A stretch of 64,000 nt of DNA from a virus (IMGVR_UViG_2595698521_000001:1-64000); one strand, 5' to 3'. Numbered from the stretch's first letter, positions 9,072 to 17,577 are shown. A program made the numbers and translations. The notes: generated by a model from the sequence alone, not told the origin.

Positions 9072-9998
9072 TTACTTCTTATGTAAATCAGTATTAATTA
9101 CACCTGCTTGGATTAGGCGATTGTACTTATTCATAGCAATAGTATTTGCAATAGTGAAGTTTCCGTTTGCATCACGGTATTCATCAGTTGTTCCGTTCCC
9201 TTTTAAAGTTGCAGGTTCTACCTCTAATGGTGTTTGGCAGTTATGACAGCTAACATTCTCATGTCCTTCCGGAATATAGTGTCTGCCGGAATTTCCGCAG
9301 TTAGGACAGTTATATCCACAACGATATACTAATTTATCTCCTTTATGCTTAATTCCTGTACGGAAGAAGTCTTGCTCTTTATCAGATTCTTTTACATCAC
9401 CGAATGATTTCTCTCCGGAAACAGTTTCATCCTTAGTTTCATATTGTTTTGGGCTTAATCCCATTTTAGATGTTAAATCCGCAAGTTTCTTATCCCCTAA
9501 TAAATCTGCCATTGAGCTTGTTCCGTGACTTCCTTGTAAATCTACTTTACGCTTACGACCTTTAAATTCTTCTTTGGAAACTTGTTTAATTTTAACTTCC
9601 TCATTGTATTCAGTTCTACAAGGGTCTACTCCCGCAACCGTTTCTTGATATCCTTTTTCTAATTCACGTTCGCTCCATTCTTTTCTAGCTAATTCTCTTA
9701 TTCCTGCCGGAACTCTCTTTGCATCCATAATATTATTAAGTTTAATCTTTGCAGTTGGATGTTGCATACTTGCTCCACCAGGAATAGGTTTAGATTTAAG
9801 ATCACCTTGAATCGCTTCATTCGCTTGTTGGCGTTGATAGTTATAATTGAAAGTTGGGATTAGGACGTTATCAATAATTCTATCAATCTGTAAATCTGAT
9901 AAGTCCGCATTAATATTAAATGATTTGTTTCCTTGCGCTAATTCTAAGCTGAAGAACTTAGTTCCTTCGGTATTTGATGACATTTCTTGTTTCCCCAT
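9072..9998 (-). CDS. hypothetical protein with C-terminal Zn-ribbon
   Basis: CPNCG...CHNC in the C-terminal domain. Confidence 0.7.
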   Translation of the reverse strand: MGKQEMSSNTEGTKFFSLELAQGNKSFNINADLSDLQIDRIIDNVLIPTFNYNYQRQQANEAIQGDLKSKPIPGGASMQHPTAKIKLNNIMDAKRVPAGIRELARKEWSERELEKGYQETVAGVDPCRTEYNEEVKIKQVSKEEFKGRKRKVDLQGSHGTSSMADLLGDKKLADLTSKMGLSPKQYETKDETVSGEKSFGDVKESDKEQDFFRTGIKHKGDKLVYRCGYNCPNCGNSGRHYIPEGHENVSCHNCQTPLEVEPATLKGNGTTDEYRDANGNFTIANTIAMNKYNRLIQAGVINTDLHKK

Positions 9999-10272
9999 TT
10001 CATTTAGTTTTTTGTGTTCCGCTCTTGGGAACGTCCTAACTATATCATCCTTCCGAAAAATCCGTCAACTCTTTATTTTTAAGGCTTCACGTGCCTATAT
10101 ATAATATAATGGAAGCAAATTTCGGCAACGAAAAAAGGACACTAATTAAAGTGCCCTCTTTACCGACTCATCACTAACATAAGGAGATGTCCAAACTAAA
10201 GAATTAGCTGTACATACAAGCGTCTGCGTATCGACTGGTTCTTAGTTAGATTACCACAATTTTCTTACCTTG

Positions 10273-10322
10273 TCAGTATATATTATATATAATCTTTTAA
10301 TTATTTATAAATAATATACTGA
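10273..10322. repeat. AT-rich element with inverted ends, copy 1
   Basis: TCAGTATATATTATATATA...ATATACTGA. Confidence 0.7.
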
Positions 10323-10326
10323 AGAC

Positions 10327-12600
10327 CTATTGTTCAGATACAACATCATTAGTTACATCTTTTCTGTCTTGTTTCTTTTCTTCTTCGTCAAGCGGATTTT
10401 TAGATTGAGTTTCTTGTGCGAAAAGTCTACTAAGAATTCCACCTTGCGGGTTAGTAACTGTAGTTGTAGTTTCTTCTGTGCCATCTGCGTGAATTACTCT
10501 CCTTTGCATTGCCGCAATTTGATTCTGCTGTTCATGTAATCGTCTAACGCTATCCATTAAGCGCATGTTTTGGTCAATCATAGCAGAAACAGTTGGGTCT
10601 GCCATTCCTCCGTCCATTGTCTCGAATAGTAACAGACGTTGCAAGCGTTCCATGTTCGCATCTGCCATTCCCATCATAGCATCTTGTAAATCATTAATAT
10701 CACGAGTCTTAAACTTCTTGAACTCTTTTTCAAATGCACATGCATAATCCGGTTTATACTCCGGACATTCTCCTGCCTTGTAGCAAGTGTTACATGCTAA
10801 TTTCGGGAAGAATTTAGAACCTAATGATTTCGGCTTTCTTACTTTCTTCTGTCCTTTTAAGAATCTTCCCTTTTCATCTCGTACAGCTACAATACCTTTC
10901 TGCGCTAATTCCGCATCCAATGCTTCTACTTCCGGCATTTCTCCCTCGACAGGTGCAGGAAGGTAATTAGCCATCTCTGCTTCACTTACGTCCACAACTT
11001 TGAAATGTTCCTCTTCCAAATAACTGTCACGCTCTTTTGGTCGTGGTGGGGCTTCATCCATAGCATCAGAATCATCAGAAACGTAGTCAGAACGTTCACC
11101 ACGAGCATTTTCTTCAAAATAGGTAGTAAGAGAGGTAATTGCGTCTTCTCGTTCGTTACAGTCAATTTTGAGAAGGAAATTAGCCATATCACAAAGCTGT
11201 TCATCCGTGTACTCTTCTAATTGGTCTGTATCCACTAAGAAAATGCGGTAGTTATAAAGAATATCCAGTACCTCTTCTTTAGGTAGGTCTAATGGAATTC
11301 CGAAATACTTCGCAACTACTTTGTAATTCTCTGCTTCTCCATCGTACCAATCAAGCGGAGGAAGATTAGTATGGACTTCTTCTAATGTCTTAACTGTCCC
11401 GTCCGGCTCATCTGATAGTGCCAAGAACTCTTCGAACTTAGTTTGTGGACGATTCTGCACTTGTTCATCTAATTGCTCCCATATACCTTTCTTAGCAGGT
11501 GCAGTTGTTTTTGGTTTAGGTGCTTCTTGTTTTGGTTCTTCAGCTACTTTCTTCTTAATTCCTAATTTCTTCTTCGGTTTCACCTTCAGCTTTTTCTTAG
11601 GTGTAGTTTCTTCAGCTTCAGTTACTTCCTTTTTTGCACTTGGACGTTTTAATATCTTCTTAGCCATAGTTCGTGTACTTTCTCCTTTCCCGCTATTTAT
11701 TCCTTTTAACCAATAACATCTTGCTTTAATTCGTTTAATGATGTATTTCTCTGCTTCACGGAATACTAATAAATTTATCCGGATTAATTCGTATGGATTT
11801 TCCTGTCCGGCTAAATCCCAGTTTGCGCCAAGCTTAATGTACTTCTGCTTGTATACGGTTTTCCATTTGTCTTTCTTTAGTCGCTTTAATCTACGTCCGT
11901 CAAACCAGTTCAATTCTCCATACTGCGTTCCGACAAGCCAAGTCGTGGAATCTCCCGTAAAGAAAGGAAGTTTTGACATGATTTCAACACGTGTCAAAGC
12001 GAATCCGTGAATGATACTGTTATATCTTCGAGCAGTATTAACCATCTTCATAATTTGCGCATCAGTAAGGGAAGAAGATGTCTGTAATGAGAATCCTACA
12101 TAGTCGTACTTTTGGCACATTGTTTCCCAGTATTTAATCCCATCGTATTCATGCCATACATAACATACTAAAATTCCCTCATCCTTTAGTGGTTCAAAAT
12201 ACTTTGCTCTTAGTTCATCCAGTTTATCGAAACCTATTATATTCCCGATATCCAACTCCACGCAGGAGAATACTAAATCTTTATTTTCCCGCACAAAGTT
12301 TGTATACCGTTCTAAATAGTTCTCCCAAAACTCCATAGGCTTATTTTTGTACTCTTCCTCTTTGATATGGAATGTATAAGCTCCGGAGTCAATCATTACC
12401 TTGATGTGTGGGTGCTTCTCCAAACGTTTTCGTAAGAAGTTCTTACCCTTCTGCTGTATGTAGTGATAGGAAACTAGCACTCTATCCACTCCGGATTTTA
12501 TTGCTATGTCCCAATATGCATCAGATTCCACACCAGACATTACAAGTCGAGTGGGACTGTTTACACTTTCTCCGTAGATTTCATATAACTTGTTACTCAT
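10327..12600 (-). CDS. DpdA/TGT-like deazaguanine DNA transglycosylase domain fused to a long C-terminal region
   Basis: IDSGAY, ELDI, IHGF and DSTTW motifs of the TGT-like barrel; directly downstream of folE in the que cluster; C-terminal CxxCxxxxxC...C cluster. Confidence 0.7.
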   Translation of the reverse strand: MSNKLYEIYGESVNSPTRLVMSGVESDAYWDIAIKSGVDRVLVSYHYIQQKGKNFLRKRLEKHPHIKVMIDSGAYTFHIKEEEYKNKPMEFWENYLERYTNFVRENKDLVFSCVELDIGNIIGFDKLDELRAKYFEPLKDEGILVCYVWHEYDGIKYWETMCQKYDYVGFSLQTSSSLTDAQIMKMVNTARRYNSIIHGFALTRVEIMSKLPFFTGDSTTWLVGTQYGELNWFDGRRLKRLKKDKWKTVYKQKYIKLGANWDLAGQENPYELIRINLLVFREAEKYIIKRIKARCYWLKGINSGKGESTRTMAKKILKRPSAKKEVTEAEETTPKKKLKVKPKKKLGIKKKVAEEPKQEAPKPKTTAPAKKGIWEQLDEQVQNRPQTKFEEFLALSDEPDGTVKTLEEVHTNLPPLDWYDGEAENYKVVAKYFGIPLDLPKEEVLDILYNYRIFLVDTDQLEEYTDEQLCDMANFLLKIDCNEREDAITSLTTYFEENARGERSDYVSDDSDAMDEAPPRPKERDSYLEEEHFKVVDVSEAEMANYLPAPVEGEMPEVEALDAELAQKGIVAVRDEKGRFLKGQKKVRKPKSLGSKFFPKLACNTCYKAGECPEYKPDYACAFEKEFKKFKTRDINDLQDAMMGMADANMERLQRLLLFETMDGGMADPTVSAMIDQNMRLMDSVRRLHEQQNQIAAMQRRVIHADGTEETTTTVTNPQGGILSRLFAQETQSKNPLDEEEKKQDRKDVTNDVVSEQ

Positions 12601-13154
12601 TTACGACCACCTCTTGCATAATATCTTTCAAACACATCCGGTCTGTAAATTCTGCGGGTAGTAGTTGTTGCTTCAGAACGTACACCTCTTGCACACATGC
12701 AAGTATGGATACAATCATATATTTCAACCTCTAATGCTTCCGGTTGTAGAATCTCAATTAAGAAATCGTAAATTTCCGTGGTCAAATCTTCCTGTACTTG
12801 TGGCTTCTTAGCAAACCATTCTGCAATACGTGCAAACTTCGATAGTCCGATAATTTTAGCACCAGGAATATACCGTATGTAAACTTTCCCGATAAAAGGT
12901 AAATGATGATGTGAACACATAGAACTAATTGTAATTCCGTCTTGTTCAACTAATGACGAACCAACACATTCAAATGTAGTACAAATTGGTGCTAATTCCT
13001 CATAAGGGTCTTTACCTTCATTCTCTGTCATTTCAATTAATGCTTTTGCTACTCGCAATGGAGTATCTGCATTATCCGCATTTCTTTCTATTCCTAGTTC
13101 CCGCATAATTCCGCTATAGTGTACTTCGATAGTTTCTCTGTTAACTTTTTTCAC
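12597..13154 (-). CDS. folE: GTP cyclohydrolase I
   Basis: DTPLRVAK, SMCSHHHLPF, GLSKFAR, PQVQE, HTCMCARG. Confidence 0.93.
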   Translation of the reverse strand: MKKVNRETIEVHYSGIMRELGIERNADNADTPLRVAKALIEMTENEGKDPYEELAPICTTFECVGSSLVEQDGITISSMCSHHHLPFIGKVYIRYIPGAKIIGLSKFARIAEWFAKKPQVQEDLTTEIYDFLIEILQPEALEVEIYDCIHTCMCARGVRSEATTTTRRIYRPDVFERYYARGGRK

Positions 13155-13218
13155 GTTAATTCCTCCTTAAAAAAAAATAAAAAAGACTGATACTAATATA
13201 GTACCAATCTTTTCATGA

Positions 13219-13437
13219 TTAGAACAGTGACATTTGATCACCGTCATTTCTTCGTTGTTTACGAGGAAGTTTACCTTTACTAGTTTTAGTAGTATTACGT
13301 GGTAAACGTCCTAAATTCATAGATTGCTGTCCTAAGTTTCTTGGAGCTGTACGAGGTAATCCGCCACCGGATGGTGTTTGGGTACGTGTACTGCCACCTC
13401 CACTTTTAGGCGTAGCGTATACGTTTAAGAATAACAT
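13219..13437 (-). CDS. small basic Gly/Arg-rich protein (paralog B)
   Basis: 72 aa; GGGAGGTG RBS; MLFLNVYA leader; LPR repeats. Confidence 0.75.
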   Translation of the reverse strand: MLFLNVYATPKSGGGSTRTQTPSGGGLPRTAPRNLGQQSMNLGRLPRNTTKTSKGKLPRKQRRNDGDQMSLF

Positions 13438-13454
13438 GATGTCTCACCTCCCCA

Positions 13455-13480
13455 AAAGAAAAAGCTCCCCGTAGGAAGCT
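13455..13480 (-). terminator. intrinsic terminator between the two basic mini-proteins
   Basis: AGCTTCC-TACG-GGGAGCT stem followed by TTTTCTTTT on the minus strand. Confidence 0.6.
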
Positions 13481-13486
13481 TCTTAC

Positions 13487-13696
13487 TTATCGTCCACCCA
13501 TACGACGTGGAGCTGTACGTGGTAATTTAGCACGGCTTGCACGAGCTTGACGAGCTTGTCGTCCTGCTGAAGCACTTCCACCGCCACCTAATGTTCGTGG
13601 TGCTGTACGTGGAAGACCACCACCCGCAGGTGTTTGCGCTCGTCCACCACCGCCACCCGCTCCTTTTGGTGTTGCGAATACGTTCATGAATAACAT
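13487..13696 (-). CDS. small basic Gly/Arg-rich protein (paralog A)
   Basis: 69 aa; AGGAGGTG RBS; MLFMNVFA leader; LPRTAPR twice; no acidic residues. Confidence 0.8.
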   Translation of the reverse strand: MLFMNVFATPKGAGGGGGRAQTPAGGGLPRTAPRTLGGGGSASAGRQARQARASRAKLPRTAPRRMGGR

Positions 13697-13784
13697 AGAG
13701 TTGCACCTCCTAAATTGGTATAACTACTTCAACGGTGAGTTGTGGGGCGTTACTCCCATGTAGTCTATGTTTAACGCTAACTAC

Positions 13785-13813
13785 ACTATACCTTATTTTG
13801 AGATGCGTAACAA
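13785..13813 (-). promoter_or_regulatory. SigA-like promoter for the mini-protein genes
   Basis: TTGTTA-N17-TATAGT, followed by a ~80-nt leader with two hairpins. Confidence 0.5.
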
Positions 13814-13818
13814 CTACT

Positions 13819-14508
13819 CTATGAAATTATTTCCTGCTCATATTTTCGAATAGACTCACAATCTCCACATTTTCCGCAAGGGAAACCGTCTGAATCCGGT
13901 AAATTACAAGAGATACTGTGTGCAAGAATTTCCGCTAAATCAAGACCTAAAACATTTACTGCATAATCTTTTACTTGGTCTTTACTATTTAGTGCGAATG
14001 GAGCAACTACTTGAATCTTTTGGTCTGTAATGCTAAATAACATAGAATCGAATGATTTTACGAATCGTGCATTACCATCTGCATAACATCCATCAATAAT
14101 AGCTGTGTAGATATCAATAGCACCTATACTCTCCGCAATACTTGATGCATAAGCTAAGAAGATTAGATTTCGCATTTCGATGTATTGGATACTCTCATCT
14201 GCTTTATCAATTTCTTCTCCGGCTACTTGGTTATCACGTAGCATTTTAGCTTTTGACCAAGAATTAATACTCGGTAATTCCAAAATTCCCATTTCAAGTT
14301 GATACTTTCTAGCCCAGTAGTGAGCGTTGTTCATTTCTTGAATTCGGTTCTTTTGTCCGTAATCGAAAAATAGTAGGAATGGTTTCTGTCCTCTATTCAT
14401 TACCTCATGTAATAGTACAATGCTATCGAATCCTCCACTAAATAAAACTACTGCATTATTTTCCACGATATTTTCCACCTTTCTTGTTATTGCGTTCTTC
14501 TGCTTCAC
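13819..14508 (-). CDS. queC: 7-cyano-7-deazaguanine (preQ0) synthase
   Basis: AVVLFSGGFDS PP-loop, FDYGQ, RNLIFL, SC...PCGKCGDC; start may be GTG at 14466. Confidence 0.9.
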   Translation of the reverse strand: MKQKNAITRKVENIVENNAVVLFSGGFDSIVLLHEVMNRGQKPFLLFFDYGQKNRIQEMNNAHYWARKYQLEMGILELPSINSWSKAKMLRDNQVAGEEIDKADESIQYIEMRNLIFLAYASSIAESIGAIDIYTAIIDGCYADGNARFVKSFDSMLFSITDQKIQVVAPFALNSKDQVKDYAVNVLGLDLAEILAHSISCNLPDSDGFPCGKCGDCESIRKYEQEIIS

Positions 14509-14641
14509 GTAACTTCTTGCTTAGTACTCGGTTTAAATGCTTATGACGTTTCTTTTCGTTTTGTTCTTTCTTTAATTGCTTCTTTAACCGGAAATTTTCG
14601 GCTTCAATAAGTTTCATGTATTCATATTGTGCGTCCGTCAT
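14456..14641 (-). CDS. small basic coiled-coil protein
   Basis: 61-aa ORF with GGGG RBS between queE and queC. Confidence 0.5.
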   Translation of the reverse strand: MTDAQYEYMKLIEAENFRLKKQLKKEQNEKKRHKHLNRVLSKKLREAEERNNKKGGKYRGK

Positions 14642-14654
14642 AATAATTCCCCCA

Positions 14655-15323
14655 TCAGTCGATATTCAAGAATTTGTGTGTTTGTAAACCTAAACGTACT
14701 TTTGGAATCTTGTCTTCCATAATCCATTGCGCAAGCTCTTCAGCTATTTTACTATTCTTACCTCGGAATAGCGGACTAAAGATAATGTTTGCACGGGTTG
14801 GATATTTGCGAATAACATCTTTAGCAAAAACATAATCTTCAATATTACCGATAACAAATTTAACTTCATCCCTTTCAGTTAGACGTGCTAAGTTTTCATA
14901 GATGTTTTGGTGTTCTGCTCCACTTGATAAACCTTTAACATCCATCGTATATGCAAAGGAACGGAACTCTCTTTCCTCTAATTCCACTCCACCGTTTGTT
15001 TCGATGTTAACTGTATGTCCTGCTTGCACTAATTCATAAATTAGCGGGTAAACATTTTCTTGAATCAAAGGTTCTCCACCTGTGATACAAACATGTTTAT
15101 TCTTCATTTTCTTTACTTCTTCAACTATTTTCTTTACTCCCATCGTTTTCCACTGTTTGCCGACAACTGCATACATAGAATCACAATAGGTGCAACGCAT
15201 ATTGCAACCGAATAAGCGGACAAAAGTAGTAGGATATCCAGTGTACTTTCCTTCCCCTTGTAGCGTAGTGAATATAGTGTTAACTTTTAATGTCATTGCG
15301 TTTCCTGCCATCATACATCCCAC
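14655..15323 (-). CDS. queE: 7-carboxy-7-deazaguanine synthase (radical SAM)
   Basis: FTTLQGEG, FVRLFGCNMRCTYCDS (CxxxCxxC), ITGGEP, IETNG, LQTHK. Confidence 0.93.
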   Translation of the reverse strand: MGCMMAGNAMTLKVNTIFTTLQGEGKYTGYPTTFVRLFGCNMRCTYCDSMYAVVGKQWKTMGVKKIVEEVKKMKNKHVCITGGEPLIQENVYPLIYELVQAGHTVNIETNGGVELEEREFRSFAYTMDVKGLSSGAEHQNIYENLARLTERDEVKFVIGNIEDYVFAKDVIRKYPTRANIIFSPLFRGKNSKIAEELAQWIMEDKIPKVRLGLQTHKFLNID

Positions 15324-15799
15324 TCTTTCCGGAATTCTGCGTAACTTGTAGGTGTTTCGAATAGTCGTACAAACTCTACTCGTGCATCTAATGTATCCGC
15401 AAATTCCTTATTAATTTCTTCTTCCATCTTTTTATAAATCCAATAGACCATGTTCTCTGCTGTCGTATTCATTGGCGGTAATGTTTCGTTTAGGTAACGA
15501 TGGTCTAAATGTACCTCTATTTCGTCTTTCCAAATGCGCTTAATTTCCCCGAAATCAATAGCTAAACCACGGAAATCTGTAAAGCTACTAATTCCAAACA
15601 CGACTTTATATGTATGTCCGTGAAGGTTCTTACATTTACCTTCGTACATGTGTAGATGATGTGCGGAATCAAAAGTAAATTCCTTAGATACTAATACTCG
15701 TTTCTTATGATACTTTAATTGGTCTGCTTTAATATCTGTTCCAAACTTCTGCAATTCGTCTACGATTCTAAAACCATACTCGTTGCTTAATTTGCTCAT
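15311..15799 (-). CDS. queD: 6-carboxytetrahydropterin synthase
   Basis: FDSAHHL, CKNLHGHTY, LDHRYLN, TTAEN, FETPTS. Confidence 0.93.
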   Translation of the reverse strand: MSKLSNEYGFRIVDELQKFGTDIKADQLKYHKKRVLVSKEFTFDSAHHLHMYEGKCKNLHGHTYKVVFGISSFTDFRGLAIDFGEIKRIWKDEIEVHLDHRYLNETLPPMNTTAENMVYWIYKKMEEEINKEFADTLDARVEFVRLFETPTSYAEFRKEWDV

Positions 15800-16067
15800 C
15801 CGTAACTTCCTCCTTATTTTCTACTTTTGGCTCTACGTATTGTAATCCTTCAACTTGTCGGCAAATTTCTTTCAACTGCCACGGATTAAATCGTAAGAGT
15901 TTAGATACTACATCATCTATATTACCATTAAATCTGTGTTCTTCACGCATTTCTTTCCATCTCATGGTATAAAAATCTGCGGAAACATAGTAAGGAGGGT
16001 CGCCATCCGGCTCTCTCCCCACAAAATTTATGTACGATTCTCTTGTTAGTTGTACCCGCTTTGGCAT
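15768..16067 (-). CDS. hypothetical protein
   Basis: 99-aa ORF with GAGGTGATC RBS. Confidence 0.6.
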   Translation of the reverse strand: MPKRVQLTRESYINFVGREPDGDPPYYVSADFYTMRWKEMREEHRFNGNIDDVVSKLLRFNPWQLKEICRQVEGLQYVEPKVENKEEVTDEQIKQRVWF

Positions 16068-16077
16068 TTGATCACCT

Positions 16078-16422
16078 CTAATTGATTGCGAATATAGAGC
16101 GATATCCTGTCACTACATAGAATCCGTCTTGCCACACTTTCCCTGTGTCTACTTTTTCATCTGTGACAACATTAGTAATCCCATATCCTCTTTTTAGTTT
16201 TAAATCTTCCTGACCGAAAATATGCTCATATTGGAACTCGTCACGTAAAAATTTAGCGTGGTGTTTATTCCAAATTACAACCGCATATCCTTTTTCCTTT
16301 GCATACTCTATTAGTGCAGTTGTCTTCCCTGTTTGACGTTGTGATTCTCCATATACAGGTACTAATTGTTTAACTTCTTCAGCGTGTGCCAACATTTGTT
16401 TCCATGCTCCTGTTAAATTCAT
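16078..16422 (-). CDS. small P-loop-like protein
   Basis: RQTGKTT Walker A-like and VVTDE Walker B-like motifs in only 114 aa. Confidence 0.6.
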   Translation of the reverse strand: MNLTGAWKQMLAHAEEVKQLVPVYGESQRQTGKTTALIEYAKEKGYAVVIWNKHHAKFLRDEFQYEHIFGQEDLKLKRGYGITNVVTDEKVDTGKVWQDGFYVVTGYRSIFAIN

Positions 16423-16480
16423 CGTTAATTCCTCCGTTAATTTTATTTTAGATACAGAAAAAGCGAGGAATAATCCCCGC

Positions 16481-16753
16481 TTAGTTTAAGCTAACTATCG
16501 CTTTAAGCGTAGTCTTATCATCACCATCAATTGTTACGTTTCCGAAACCAGGTCGAACAACTAGGTCACGTCCCTTTGTAGCAATATTGCCACGAGCTTT
16601 AGCTAATGCTTTATAAGCTTGGTTTAATGCTCCCGCACCAATTACAGTGATTTCTAAATCGTGTCCGTCTTCTAATGCTTTTGTAATACTTCCGGATAGG
16701 GTTTTTACATTAGCAGTAGATTTTACCTTCATTTGCTTCAGTTCTTTACTCAT
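16481..16753 (-). CDS. spoVS: stage V sporulation protein S homolog
   Basis: KV...IGAGALNQAYKALAKARG...PGF...IDG SpoVS signature. Confidence 0.88.
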   Translation of the reverse strand: MSKELKQMKVKSTANVKTLSGSITKALEDGHDLEITVIGAGALNQAYKALAKARGNIATKGRDLVVRPGFGNVTIDGDDKTTLKAIVSLN

Positions 16754-17196
16754 GTGCGTTTCCTCCCAACTGTATTAAAGAATGCTTCTTTAAATGGAAC
16801 GACTCTACCTAGTACATTCTCGGCTACGAGGAATCCATATTCCCTACTATCAAGACTATTATCCTTGTTATCTCCCTCAAACCACAAATATGTATCGTGG
16901 TGAGTATCAGCACAAGAAATTAATCGCTTAATGTTAGGTCTACCAACTGTGGGTGGTAAAACTACGAATATCTCATCAACAAACTCGGAAGCTATTAGTA
17001 TCTCCCTAAAGTTAAATTTTCGGTCAAGAATCATGAATCTACCGTGTTTAAGGGTAGGCATCATGCTTTCTCCGTTAACTCTAACGATTGTATAGCGCAT
17101 GAAAAATGCGACTAGGAACAGTAGTACTACTATGAGTATAACCATGCTTACTATGAATGGCAACATTTTCTTTCCCTCCAATTCTACTTTTACCAA
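16750..17196 (-). CDS. S26 signal peptidase-like protease (short SodX/IMP type) with N-terminal TM
   Basis: GESMMPTL (catalytic Ser), IKRL (Lys), GDN...SLDSREYG; TM helix near the N-terminus. Confidence 0.85.
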   Translation of the reverse strand: MVKVELEGKKMLPFIVSMVILIVVLLFLVAFFMRYTIVRVNGESMMPTLKHGRFMILDRKFNFREILIASEFVDEIFVVLPPTVGRPNIKRLISCADTHHDTYLWFEGDNKDNSLDSREYGFLVAENVLGRVVPFKEAFFNTVGRKRT

Positions 17197-17199
17197 CTA

Positions 17200-17577
17200 T
17201 TAATTAATAACTTCATCAACTGCATCCATTAAAACTTTCTCTTCTTTCACTTCTTGGAATCTATTAACCATCATTCCCTCATGGTAAACAGTTCCGAAGA
17301 AATCACGGAAAGGTCTGTGGTGAGGATAACCGTCTATGTCAAGGTAAGTAACAATCATTGTTTCATCTAAATGAGTATCATTAGAAGACTTGAACATTCC
17401 TATTCCTTCTACCTTGTAGTATGTTCCTCTACTGTAGTGCTTAAAGTACCTTCCTGCGAAGTCGTGGGACATTTTTCTTGTCCACTCTAGTTTTTCCTTG
17501 TACGTCCAATTTTCCCACCCGCTTCTTGACGGTTGAATTTCCATTTCGTGCAGTTTGTTTTTTTCGTTGATTTCCAC
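17200..17577 (-). CDS. DUF1653-like protein
   Basis: GRYFKHY..GTYYKV...VTY...HRPFRDFF. Confidence 0.65.
   Translation of the reverse strand: MEINEKNKLHEMEIQPSRSGWENWTYKEKLEWTRKMSHDFAGRYFKHYSRGTYYKVEGIGMFKSSNDTHLDETMIVTYLDIDGYPHHRPFRDFFGTVYHEGMMVNRFQEVKEEKVLMDAVDEVIN

Noticed and set aside
13700-13784. preQ1 riboswitch in the leader inside the que cluster
   Set aside because: It has hairpins but lacks the class I pattern (P1 stem with conserved loop and 3' A-rich AAAAAACUAA tail), and it precedes the mini-proteins rather than queC.
13219-15323. RiPP cluster with the radical SAM protein as peptide maturase
   Set aside because: The radical SAM protein is a typical short QueE with no SPASM or RRE domain and is fully explained by the preQ0 pathway.
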